Below, piece by piece: positions 1 to 10,000 of a stretch of DNA of 38,130 nt. Source of the DNA: a virus. Its lineage: Duplodnaviria > Caudoviricetes. The DNA lies in IMG/VR virus record IMGVR_UViG_3300029309_000111, positions 1-38,130 of that record. One strand, 5' to 3'. Numbering within the stretch: position 1 is the first letter of the stretch; every line of letters begins with the position of its first letter. Both the position numbers and the translations under genes were made by a program. A model generated the notes under the pieces. The model saw only the letters and a list, made by a program, of their open reading frames with translations, was not told the origin of the DNA and searched no databases.

Positions 1-234
1 GTTACCGATAATAAAAGAGCATCTAGTTTCAATGGTGATACGGCTAGACTTTACTGGAGTGCAAACCACGCAGAAACAGCATACAGTTCAAACAGAAATA
101 TAGAACTTTTTAGCAATGGTTTTAAGGTTCATGGCAACAGTGCAAGTTCTACCACCAATAGGATAAATCAAAGTGCTAGCTATGTTTATTTAGCCTTTGC
201 CGAAGCCCCATTTAAATTTGCGAACGCACGATAG
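1..234 (+). CDS. 3' end of a tail fiber-like structural protein (5'-truncated)
   Basis: Frame 1 is open from base 1 to TAG at 232-234. It ends ...IELFSNGFKV...YVYLAFAEAPFKFANAR*, a C-terminus typical of marine phage tail fiber-like proteins. Confidence 0.75.
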   Translation, partial: VTDNKRASSFNGDTARLYWSANHAETAYSSNRNIELFSNGFKVHGNSASSTTNRINQSASYVYLAFAEAPFKFANAR

Positions 235-243
235 GAGATAATT

Positions 244-813
244 ATGCCGTGGAAACATAATGGAAGAACCTTGAAAGAGGGTCGAGAATGGGTCGATGAT
301 AGCGGCAATCAACATTCGAAAGTTTGGATGCGTTATTCTGACTCTCAAAAAGCTACTTTTAAAATAGTTTGGGAAGACCCACCAGCATCAGAAGCACCAT
401 TTGATACTAGGTTTTATTGGGGTCGTGAAACTGATGGCACTTTAATACCTAAAAGCCTTACAGATGTTAATGAAGTAGACGGTGATGGTAATCCTGTAAA
501 AGACTCAGATGGTAATCAAGTTGTAACACCCGGATTAAAAACCACATGGATTGCACATACCAAGCAGACGGCAAATGGCATGCTTGCAGTGCATGATTGG
601 TATGTTACTCGTAAAGCTGAAAAATCTACAGCCATCCCTAGTTCAGTAACTACATACAGAGATGCCATCCGCACTAAATGCGGAGAGATAGAGACGGCTT
701 TGAATGGTGCGTCTGACCTAGCGGCGTTTATGGCGTTGTTTGAGGATGAGAATAATTCAGATGGTAGTTTAAAAACGATTGCTAAAATCAACGACTGGCC
801 TGATGAGATCTAA
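244..813 (+). CDS. tail fiber assembly chaperone-like protein
   Basis: GGAG RBS; directly follows the fiber-like gene; DWYVTRKAE..IP....YR.AIR motif and C-terminal WP are typical of fiber-associated chaperones. Confidence 0.6.
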   Translation: MPWKHNGRTLKEGREWVDDSGNQHSKVWMRYSDSQKATFKIVWEDPPASEAPFDTRFYWGRETDGTLIPKSLTDVNEVDGDGNPVKDSDGNQVVTPGLKTTWIAHTKQTANGMLAVHDWYVTRKAEKSTAIPSSVTTYRDAIRTKCGEIETALNGASDLAAFMALFEDENNSDGSLKTIAKINDWPDEI

Positions 814-816
814 ACT

Positions 817-2703
817 GTGCCATTAACAAAATTACAATTCAAGCCCGGTATAAACAGGGACATTACATCTTACTCTAACGAGGGCGGTTGGGTTGATTGT
901 GACAAGGTACGCTTTAGGCAAGGATATCCAGAAGTTATTGGTGGATGGGAAAAATACAGTGAAGAAAGGTATTTAGGCACAGTTAGAGCGTTGCACAACT
1001 GGGTTGCCCTTGATGGCTCTGATTTTCTGGGTGTGGGGACACACTTAAAGTATTACATTGAAGAAGGTCAGCAGTTTTATGATGTAACTCCCATAAGAAA
1101 AACCTCAACAAACAGCATAACTTTTGCTGCAACTAACGGCTCTTCCATCATTACCGTGACCGACTCTAATCATCAAGCTGTTCAAAATGATTTTGTTACT
1201 CTATCTGGCGCTGTTTCTTTGGGTGGTAATATTACGGCTGCTGTTTTGAATCAAGAATATCAGATAGACGCTGTGCCCACTGCAAGTACTTACACTATAA
1301 CCGCAAAAGATACATCAGGAGCAACGGTTACTGCAAACGCCAGTGACAGCGGCAACGGTGGGTCCAGTGGATCTGGTGCGTATCAAATAAATGTTGGATT
1401 AGACACGGGCGTTGGGGGCACAGGCTGGGGTGCTGGCACTTGGGGCAGAGGCACTTGGGGTTCTGCTGCAACACAAACTGTGACCACACAGTTACGAATC
1501 TGGAGTCATGATAATTTTGGCGAAGATCTGTTAATTAATCCTCGAGATGCTGGAATATTTCTTTGGGACAAAAGCAATGCTCTTACCACAAGAGCGGTAA
1601 ATATCGTTGACATAGCCGGGGCACTTAACCCTCCCACGATATGTAAGCAGATCATGGTATCGGACATAGATCGTCATGTGATTGCTTTTGGTGCAGATAC
1701 CATTAATACCGGAGAGCAAGATCCGCTTTTGATAAGATTCTCTTCACAAGAAACTGCCACTGATTGGACACCGACTGCTACCAATACAGCAGGAGATTTA
1801 AGGATAGGCTCTGGCTCTGAGTTTGTTCGAGCAATAGAAACCAAGCGTGAGATAGTCATATTCACAGACAGTTCCATGCATTCTATGCAGTTTATAGGAC
1901 CACCATTTACTTTTGGTATACAACCAATAGCATCGAACACAACCATAATGGGTCCAAACGCTGCCGTTGCTGTTGACGACTCAATCTTCTGGATGGGCAG
2001 ACAGAATTTCTATGTCTATGATGGTAAAACACAACAGCTTCCTTGCACTGTAAGAGAGCGTGTGTTTTTTGATTTTGACTTTGATCAAACTGATAAGACC
2101 TATGCGTCTGTGATATCTGAGTTTAGTGAAATCATATGGTTCTACACCTCTAACACAAACTCATTGGCAAATGGCGGCACAGGTGAGAATGATCGTTATG
2201 TGATATTCAACTATCTTGAGGGAACTTGGTACTATGGCGACTTGAGCAGGACAGCCTTTTTAGACAGAGGCATACGAAAGTTCCCTATTGGAGCAGCCGA
2301 TACCTACTTGTTCAATCATGAGGTAGGTTACACAGATGACGGAGCGGTGATGCCATCGAGGCTAGAGTCAAGCCCTATTGATATGGGCGACGGTGACAAG
2401 TTTACATCTATACGACGTGTTATACCTGACTTTACTTTTAACGGATCAACCACAACGGATCCGACTGTTAACCTGACGTTACAGTCCAGTAACTTTCCGG
2501 GGGCCAATTTCCTTCAGACAGAGCTATCTCAGGTAGACAGAAGTGCAACTTCGACCACGGTGCCCTTTGAGCAGTTTACAAACAAGGCTGATATTAGATT
2601 ACGAGGCAGAGCTTTTTCGTTAAAGGTTGATTGTGCTACGGCGGGTGTCAGATGGAGACTTGGCAGTCCAAGGGTGGATATCAGAGAGGATGGTAAACGC
2701 TAA
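817..2703 (+). CDS. tail tubular / DNA stabilization protein (P22 gp10-like)
   Basis: 628 aa, beta-rich, with KPGI...W.D.DKVRF...PE.IGGW, IRFSSQE...W.P..TNTAG and a C-terminal R.DGKR; lies in the tail module. Confidence 0.7.
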   Translation: MPLTKLQFKPGINRDITSYSNEGGWVDCDKVRFRQGYPEVIGGWEKYSEERYLGTVRALHNWVALDGSDFLGVGTHLKYYIEEGQQFYDVTPIRKTSTNSITFAATNGSSIITVTDSNHQAVQNDFVTLSGAVSLGGNITAAVLNQEYQIDAVPTASTYTITAKDTSGATVTANASDSGNGGSSGSGAYQINVGLDTGVGGTGWGAGTWGRGTWGSAATQTVTTQLRIWSHDNFGEDLLINPRDAGIFLWDKSNALTTRAVNIVDIAGALNPPTICKQIMVSDIDRHVIAFGADTINTGEQDPLLIRFSSQETATDWTPTATNTAGDLRIGSGSEFVRAIETKREIVIFTDSSMHSMQFIGPPFTFGIQPIASNTTIMGPNAAVAVDDSIFWMGRQNFYVYDGKTQQLPCTVRERVFFDFDFDQTDKTYASVISEFSEIIWFYTSNTNSLANGGTGENDRYVIFNYLEGTWYYGDLSRTAFLDRGIRKFPIGAADTYLFNHEVGYTDDGAVMPSRLESSPIDMGDGDKFTSIRRVIPDFTFNGSTTTDPTVNLTLQSSNFPGANFLQTELSQVDRSATSTTVPFEQFTNKADIRLRGRAFSLKVDCATAGVRWRLGSPRVDIREDGKR

Positions 2704-2993
2704 TGGCTACTAATGTAACTCCATTTCCAAGACTGCCTACTCCGGGTCAACAGATTGATACGAAGTACATAACAGATCTTGTCAGAGCTTTAGAAGTGTT
2801 CTTAAAACAGGCACAAAATCCACAGCTTAACTTTCCTGAAGTGCCTACTGACGGAAACAATCACCTGCTTCAACAGGGTGATATCTTCATTGCGGATGGT
2901 GGTTTTTTAAAAGTGGTGTTAAAGACAGACATATATGCCGGGACTTTATCGGCAACTGGATCTGTAGGAACTGTAACAGTTGCCGTTTCTTAG
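2703..2993 (+). CDS. small conserved virion-module protein
   Basis: TAATG overlap with the upstream gene; 96-aa ORF. Confidence 0.65.
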   Translation: MATNVTPFPRLPTPGQQIDTKYITDLVRALEVFLKQAQNPQLNFPEVPTDGNNHLLQQGDIFIADGGFLKVVLKTDIYAGTLSATGSVGTVTVAVS

Positions 2994-3007
2994 GCAAAAT
3001 GTATAAT
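2980..3007 (+). promoter_or_regulatory. putative sigma70-type promoter TTGCCG-N16-TATAAT
   Basis: -35 at 2980-2985 and a perfect -10 at 3002-3007, ahead of the internal virion genes. Confidence 0.4.
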
Positions 3008-3032
3008 GAGCGTATCACAATAAGGTTATGTA

Positions 3033-3950
3033 ATGGCATTATTTGGCGGCATAGGTAAGAAATTAGGACTCGGCAGCGCCAAAGATGTCTTTGGTGAGGG
3101 TATAGGTAGTCTTGTCACAAATGTCGGAGACACGATAAACGAGGCTTTACCCACGATTGGTGCTACTATTGGTTATGCTGTGGGCGGTCCAACTGGCGCA
3201 GCCATAGGTTCTGGTCTTGGAACCTACGCTCAAGGTGGTAACAGCACAGAAGATATCCTGATCAACTCAGCCTTGGCCTTTGGTGCAGGTAAGGTGGCAC
3301 CTAGTTTTGGCATTAATCCAGCAGCGGAAGGAGCGACTGGCATAGATCAGTTTTTACCTAACGTGTCTGGGTTTAAGTTAAATCCATTCTCAGATGACTC
3401 TATGTTAGTAGATGCAGGTATAGGAAGCGACACACCCATCACTGATCTTCTGACTGAGACAGGCAGTGGCGGTATAGGAAGCCTGGCTGGGATCTCTTTG
3501 GGTGATGCTGCGCTTGGTGCCGCCGCTGGTCTTGGCCTTGGTGCACTTATGGGTGGTGATCAGCCTGAAGAGGACAACACACCAGAGAGGCCCTATCCAA
3601 AAGGCGAAGCTTTTGGTACAGTACAGGATCAGGAAGGCAATGTGTATAGCATCGCCGACTCAGAACAGTTGGCCGAGTACAACAAGATGATGCAACAGTA
3701 TCAAAGACCGGGCTTTGAGTATGATCTAAGCTCTGTGATTAGAGCCAAACATGGTGGATCTTTTGACGAGCTTGTTGATGGTGAAGTGAAGGGTCCTGGA
3801 ACTGGGACCTCGGACTCCGTGCCTGCTAAACTTTCTGATGGTGAGTTTGTGCTGACAGCCAAAGCTGTTCGTGGTGCTGGCGGTGGAGATAGAGATATCG
3901 GAGCGGCACGATTGTATGATATGATGGCGGATCTGGAGGCGACAGCGTAA
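3033..3950 (+). CDS. putative internal virion / ejection protein
   Basis: Gly/Ala-rich hydrophobic segments; C-terminal AKHGG...GPGTGTSDSVPAKLSDGEFVLTAKAV motif also found in tape-measure and ejection proteins. Confidence 0.65.
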   Translation: MALFGGIGKKLGLGSAKDVFGEGIGSLVTNVGDTINEALPTIGATIGYAVGGPTGAAIGSGLGTYAQGGNSTEDILINSALAFGAGKVAPSFGINPAAEGATGIDQFLPNVSGFKLNPFSDDSMLVDAGIGSDTPITDLLTETGSGGIGSLAGISLGDAALGAAAGLGLGALMGGDQPEEDNTPERPYPKGEAFGTVQDQEGNVYSIADSEQLAEYNKMMQQYQRPGFEYDLSSVIRAKHGGSFDELVDGEVKGPGTGTSDSVPAKLSDGEFVLTAKAVRGAGGGDRDIGAARLYDMMADLEATA

Positions 3951-4825
3951 TGGCAACACAGAACGTAACACAAACCAACCGTCTAGCTCCGTTTCAGGAA
4001 GATTTTCTTGCGGACATTTTTGCACAGGCAGAGGCTCTTAAAAGCACACCAATGCCTTTTGCTCCGCAACAGCTTGCGGCTCTATCACAAGATCAGCAGG
4101 ACGCTATTGCACTTGGCAGACAGGGCATAGGTTCATATCAACCCTTCATGCAACAAGCTCAACAGGCTTTAGCACAGTCAGGCGCATTTAATCAGCCGGG
4201 TGCCGCTCAACAATTTATGAATCCGTTTGAAGATGCTGTCGTTCAACAAAGTATGCAGGACATCGCAAGGGCTGGACTGCAACAACAGAACCAGCTTAGT
4301 GCACAAGCAGCAGGTGCCGGGGCATTTGGCGGTTCTCGTCAAGGTATAGCACAGCAGGAACTGAATCGAAATCTTTTAGATCAACAAGCCCGAACCGCAG
4401 CGCAGCTAAGAGCTACAGGCTTTGGTCAGGCGCAGCAAGCTGCACAACAAGCATCACAATTGGCTGGTCAACAGGCTGCACAGTTTAGTGCGTTGGGCGG
4501 TCAGGCGCAGCAGCAAGCTGGTCAAGATATAAACACCTTGCTTGGTCTTGGTAGTCTGCAACAACAAAGTGCACAGGCCGCACTCGATGTTGCAAGACAA
4601 AATGCTTTAGGACAACAGGCTCTGCCGTTCCAGCAGATTGGATTTATGTCGGATATCTTCCGTGGTGTGCCGTCACTACAACAGACAAGCACAGCCACAA
4701 CTACACCGCCGCCTAGCACAACATCACAGTTGCTTGGTCTTGGTATCGCGGGACTCGGTGCAGCAGGAAGTGCAGGTGGATTCGGTAATCTGTTTAACTT
4801 TTCTCCAAGCCCGGTGAAGCAATGA
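3950..4825 (+). CDS. Gln/Ala-rich DNA ejection (pilot-like) protein
   Basis: FMNPF...GAFGGSRQ motifs, Q-rich helical body and a glycine-rich hydrophobic C-terminus. Confidence 0.65.
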   Translation: MATQNVTQTNRLAPFQEDFLADIFAQAEALKSTPMPFAPQQLAALSQDQQDAIALGRQGIGSYQPFMQQAQQALAQSGAFNQPGAAQQFMNPFEDAVVQQSMQDIARAGLQQQNQLSAQAAGAGAFGGSRQGIAQQELNRNLLDQQARTAAQLRATGFGQAQQAAQQASQLAGQQAAQFSALGGQAQQQAGQDINTLLGLGSLQQQSAQAALDVARQNALGQQALPFQQIGFMSDIFRGVPSLQQTSTATTTPPPSTTSQLLGLGIAGLGAAGSAGGFGNLFNFSPSPVKQ

Positions 4826-7026
4826 ACCCATTAAACCGTAAAATGTTTCGTCAGCCCGGTATGTCAAGACAGCCTATGGGTATACTTGCATCATCACCTC
4901 AGTTAGCAAATGTGGTTCGTCAACGTATGGGTCAGCCTGTGCAGATGGCACATGGTGGATACCACCCACCTAGATCTCCAATGGGTAGAGTGTCAACATC
5001 AAGACGACCATCGCCGGGGAGTATAAGGATACCACTTGCTGATCTTGTTAATCGTTTACCTAAGTCTGGGTTTGCCAGACCAGCACTCGATAGATTCATG
5101 GCAGCAGCAGGTGACGATATACCTTCCACTGGTATAGGTGCAATCAGGGGTAAAGTGCAACAGGACGCTTTGACGGACTTAGCTATGCAGTCAATCAGGC
5201 GAGGCGGCTCACCTTTTAGTAGTGCTGTGACTGGTGGTCCAAGACCTGATGTAGTTGAAAGAGGTCAAAGGTTATCTGAGATTGCTAGTGCGGACAGAAC
5301 TGCACAACCTGTGCGAGGAGATGTTGATCCAGGATTACTAACAGCGTTAACGCCTGCTGAACCTATGTCTGATGCCGAAAGAATGGCAGCTAATCGTGCT
5401 AACTTAGCAGCGTTGAGATCTGCACAGGGACTTGGACAAGGTGCAAACGTCCCTATGACAGCAGCATCAGTGCCTGATGCACCTTTATCTGACGCCGAAA
5501 GAATGGCAGCTAATCGTGCTAACTTAGCAGCGTTAAGATCTGCACAAGGACTCGGGCAAGGTGCGGATGTTTCTATTCCAACAGGTGGAGGCATAGCAGC
5601 TACAGATGTTGCTGATGATACTCGTCGAAATGCAAACATAGACGCTCTCAGAAACTTGCGTACAGCAGTTGCAGTAAGGCAGGGCAGAGACACAGCATTA
5701 GATCCAACATTAGACCCGGATTTAGAACTTTCAACCAGTGTTGGAATGTTGCAAGATGATCCAGGAGTAATCAATAGACCACCAGCGGCCTTGGGGGCAG
5801 CAAAGTCTTCACGCGCTTCCACAGATCCTGATGAACTTTTCCCGGATACTGCTGCTGAAGAACTAGCGGCTAACACAACCACACCTCCAGCAGATAAAAC
5901 AGACGAAACACCAAAAACAGATTCAAATGAAAAGCCAGGGACAGCCACAACTGCTGCTGCCCAGCAATCTATTTTAGACAATGTAGCTAATATAAAAGGT
6001 GATATTTTTAATCCCGATGATCAAAAGAATCTTACTGATGCTCAAGCCACTAACCCAGATGTTTTAAGTACATTTACATATGAAGCGGCAGAGTTTGTTG
6101 ACCCAGAGTCCGTAGATCTTGAAAACATAGATAAAGTTGCAAAAGACATTATGGGTTTTGATCCAAAGGCAGCAGGTAAAAAGAAGGAAGAAGCTTTCTG
6201 GATGGGGTTAATGAAGGCTGGTCTTGCTATTGCAGCGGGTGGTAGTGAAAATGCTATGACAAATGTGGCTAAAGGTCTTTCTTATGGGCTAGATTCTTAT
6301 AGCAAAGACATCGCCACATTAAACGAACAAGAACGTGCGGACATGAAAGAGTTTCGTCAATTAAAAACTCAAATGATTCGTGACGAACGTGCGTATAATT
6401 TAAGCATAGCTGGTGCAAAAAACACCCACGCACAACATCAAGCTACAATTAAAAATCAGTTTGAAAGAGACAAGATCGATCTTGGATTTAAACAAGCAGA
6501 CATTCTGATGAAACAGAGACAAAACAGAGCATCAAATGCTTTAGCTTTTGCTCAACTACAAAATCAAGCTGCGTATCAAATTGCTCAATTGCAACAAGGT
6601 GACGAGCAGCTAGACTTAAATCGTGATAAGCTTGCGGCTCAACTTGAAAAAGCAAAGCCGGATATTGTTAAAATATACCAAGGATTTGGATATATAGATG
6701 AAGATGGTAAAGCTACAGAAAAAGGAATAACCGCATATGGAACTGAGCTTGGTGTTTTAAATGCTATGACTACAGCATCTACAAAAACGAGACAAACTGA
6801 CACACAACGCAGTAGTGCTGCATTGACAGCAGTTTTACAAGGATCAAACGATCCAGAGGACATAGCTGCTGCGGCTGAAAGCAGCTTGTTTAAAGAAATT
6901 GCAAACCTTATGCAAACTGAAGATGTGAATGAAATTTTACAACAAATAAGAACTACGTTACCAAACGCTCAAGCGGCTACTGCGCAGCAACAAACAACAA
7001 GCGGCGGCTTTAAGTTAAAGCAGTAG
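4822..7026 (+). CDS. putative internal virion protein, 734 aa
   Basis: ATGA-coupled start; MNPLNRKMF N-terminus; GLMKAGLAIAAG segment followed by coiled coil; internal duplication. Confidence 0.6.
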   Translation: MNPLNRKMFRQPGMSRQPMGILASSPQLANVVRQRMGQPVQMAHGGYHPPRSPMGRVSTSRRPSPGSIRIPLADLVNRLPKSGFARPALDRFMAAAGDDIPSTGIGAIRGKVQQDALTDLAMQSIRRGGSPFSSAVTGGPRPDVVERGQRLSEIASADRTAQPVRGDVDPGLLTALTPAEPMSDAERMAANRANLAALRSAQGLGQGANVPMTAASVPDAPLSDAERMAANRANLAALRSAQGLGQGADVSIPTGGGIAATDVADDTRRNANIDALRNLRTAVAVRQGRDTALDPTLDPDLELSTSVGMLQDDPGVINRPPAALGAAKSSRASTDPDELFPDTAAEELAANTTTPPADKTDETPKTDSNEKPGTATTAAAQQSILDNVANIKGDIFNPDDQKNLTDAQATNPDVLSTFTYEAAEFVDPESVDLENIDKVAKDIMGFDPKAAGKKKEEAFWMGLMKAGLAIAAGGSENAMTNVAKGLSYGLDSYSKDIATLNEQERADMKEFRQLKTQMIRDERAYNLSIAGAKNTHAQHQATIKNQFERDKIDLGFKQADILMKQRQNRASNALAFAQLQNQAAYQIAQLQQGDEQLDLNRDKLAAQLEKAKPDIVKIYQGFGYIDEDGKATEKGITAYGTELGVLNAMTTASTKTRQTDTQRSSAALTAVLQGSNDPEDIAAAAESSLFKEIANLMQTEDVNEILQQIRTTLPNAQAATAQQQTTSGGFKLKQ
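5352..5570 (+). repeat. 120-bp-period tandem duplication within a CDS
   Basis: Two copies encode P(M/L)SDAERMAANRANLAALRSAQGLGQGA(N/D)V; DNA differences in the core are mostly synonymous. Confidence 0.9.
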
Positions 7027-7035
7027 GGGACACCT

Positions 7036-10000
7036 ATGGCTACATATAAAGTAGAAGGTCCCGATGGAAAAGATTACGAAATCGAAGGCCCTGAAGGTGC
7101 CACTGAACAGCAGATTCTTTCTGCTGCTCAAGAATTAATTAAGATTCCGGGTCAGGAACCTATTTCTGAGACACAAGAATCAACAACGCAAGAAATAGCT
7201 GAAGGTATTGCCTCTGGTTTGCTTGCTATTCCACAAGGCATCGCGGAACTGGGAACTGCTGGTGTTGATGCAATCTATGACACAGACTACTCAAGTGATG
7301 TAACGAAGTTTTTTGACGGTGTTCGTGAGTCGGCAGGTATTGATCCTGAAGGCACGGCGGGTGAAATAGCAGAGGTCATTACACAGTTTGCCGTGCCGGG
7401 GCTTGGAGCCGCAGGTGCTGTAAGTAAAATAGCACGAATTGCCAACTCTGGAACTTTAGTCCGAAGAGCCGCGCAAGTTGGTGCTGCTTCTGCAACAGAT
7501 GCTCTTGTCGCAACAGATGGCGTAACCACTCTTGGAGACTTTTTTCAAGCTGGTCCCACACAAACAGAAGACACGATTGGTTTAGAGGGCAAAGAAAAAG
7601 CACAGGCTCGTATAGCCAATAGACTCAGCTTTGCGCTCGAGGCAGGTGGTGCCACAGCCATACTGCCTGAAGCATTGAAAGCCGTTGGTATTGGTGGCCG
7701 TGTCGTAACAAAAGCAGCAACTCCAATCGTTGCACCTGTTGTGAGAAAAGCCATTCTTCCTGCCGCAGAAGCGATTAGTAAACCAATAAGAAAGTTAGCA
7801 GAACAGGATGACTTTGTTGGCAACGGATTAAATGCCATGGCTTCTGTGTTCCGTTCTCGTGGTAATTTACCACAAGATGTGTTTGAAGTTCGGTCTAGAA
7901 TTACAGGTCAAGTAGAGGCTGATCTTAACGAGGCTTCAAGATATCTAAAGCCAATACAAAAAGGATTAGATGACGTATTTAAAAAGTCCGAAACTGTAAT
8001 GGTGGAGGGCACACCTCTTGCTCGTTCGGAGGTAACAAACAGATTGTACGGTTATCTTACCAAAGATCCTGACTTTGTTCGTAACGCTGAAGAACTTGGC
8101 GTACCTTTAGAGGACATGTTGCCCGACTTCATGCGCTCATCGGCTGTGCAAATGAGAGGTCAAATTGACAAGTTATCAAGAAGCATAGAGAACTCTGACT
8201 ACCTTACCACTCGTGATGCAGATGATGTTGTTAACGCTATAAACAATAACATCGGATCTTATCTACGTCGTAAATACAAAATATTTGAAGATAAAAATTT
8301 TGTTAACAGTGCTGAGTTTGCAGAAGCTAGAAAAGAAGCGGTTAACTTTTTCAAGGCTAGTCCAAAAGCTGCTGAAAGTTTGTTCAATGATCTTAATAAT
8401 GTTTCAGTTCCTGATGACTTTTTTGTGGGAGTGGGCAAGTCGCAAAGAGTTAGCGACAGAGCCGCAGAAGACTTAGTTGCATCTTTTACCAATAAATATG
8501 CCAACAGAGGTCGCCGTCCAATAAAAGCTGGTACGGAAGCACAGGCTAGAGTTGCTGATAATAAAATAAAAGAGGCTTTGTTTAAGTCTAGACAAGTAAA
8601 CAATCCTTATCTTCGGCGGCTGTTGGGTGAGATAAAAGATCCACAAGAGGCATACATTTCAACAGTTGCTGATCTTGCAGAGTTCAAAGCAGTCGATGAT
8701 TACTTTAAAACCATTCGTTTAAAGTTTGTAGATAAAGGCAACGACTTTATAAGTGAAGCACGATTTGCGGAAGCACCTTCATTGTATGAGGGCTATCAAC
8801 AATTGGGTAAGGGGTTTGGTTCCATTGAGGGCGTGTACGTTCCCGAAAGAATTTATAACGATCTAACCCGACTAACTGTTGGTGACGCTGGCACAATGGG
8901 CAATATAATGAAAGCTTCCTACTCAAGTTTTTTACGAGCTAAAGGTATTACTCAATATGCGAAGACTGTTTTATCTCCGATAACACAGGTTCGTAACGTG
9001 ACATCTGCATCTCTTTTTGCTTTGTCGCAAGGCAACGTGGGTGGCGGTGCAAATCTTTTTGAATCTTTTAGCACGGTTCTCGGTAATATTCACAAAAGAA
9101 ACCCTGCTTCACGAGCTAAATACTACGAAAATTTGCAAAGACTTGGTGTGGTTGGCACTCAAACACAAGTTCGAGAGATGGATAGACTGATAGGTGAAGG
9201 ACTTGGATTTACTCGTCAGGCTGACGCAGACATCATGGGTGTTCCTATAGGTCAGAAAACAAGTAACGTATTTACTCGCTCAAAGGTGGGTAAGCTTCTG
9301 ACCAGCGCAAACACGGGTGCTCGAGCTTATTATCAAGGCGGGGATGATCTGTGGAAGATATACAACTTTGAGTTTGAAAAGAGCAAGATCACTCAGGCTT
9401 TTGGTAGCGAGGCCGCTGCCACACGAGCACTCGGGATGTCTACAGATGAATATGCTGCTGACATTGTTAGGAACACTGTGCCCAACTATGAGCGTGTCCC
9501 AGAGTTTGTGAAAGGCATACGCAAGCTACCAATCGGAAACTTCATTGCTTTTCCCGCTGAGATAATAAGAACTAGCGCAAACACTTTTGGACAAGCTTTG
9601 AAAGAATTAGCTAGTGACAATCGTGCGATGCAAGAAATAGGTATGCGTCGTCTAATAGGCTTTACATCAACTGCTGTCGTTGCCCCGGCTGCACTGCAAA
9701 AGATGGCAATGGATTTAACAGGCGTGTCACAAGAACAGTTAGATGCAGCCCGTGAAAGTGGTCCGCCTTGGCAAAAGAACAGTCGTTTGATTCCAACCAG
9801 TACGGACGAACAAGGTAATCTTACAGGATACATAGACTACAGCTATACAAATCCATATGATTATTTACAACGTCCTGCCCTTGCAGTTCTGAACTCAATA
9901 AACAGAGGAGAGGCACTGGGCAAGGACTTCATGGAAACAGCAACAGATGCCACACTTGGCGCAGTGGTGGAGGTTCTTGAACCATTTGCTGGAGAGTCCA

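Noticed and set aside
3950-4825. CAG/CAA-rich repetitive DNA
   Set aside because: It is explained by the Gln/Ala-rich protein composition, not a DNA-level repeat element.
5265-5981. 238-aa minus-strand ORF, and similar antisense ORFs over the structural and replication genes
   Set aside because: These mirror the codon bias of the sense genes and lack RBS and motifs.
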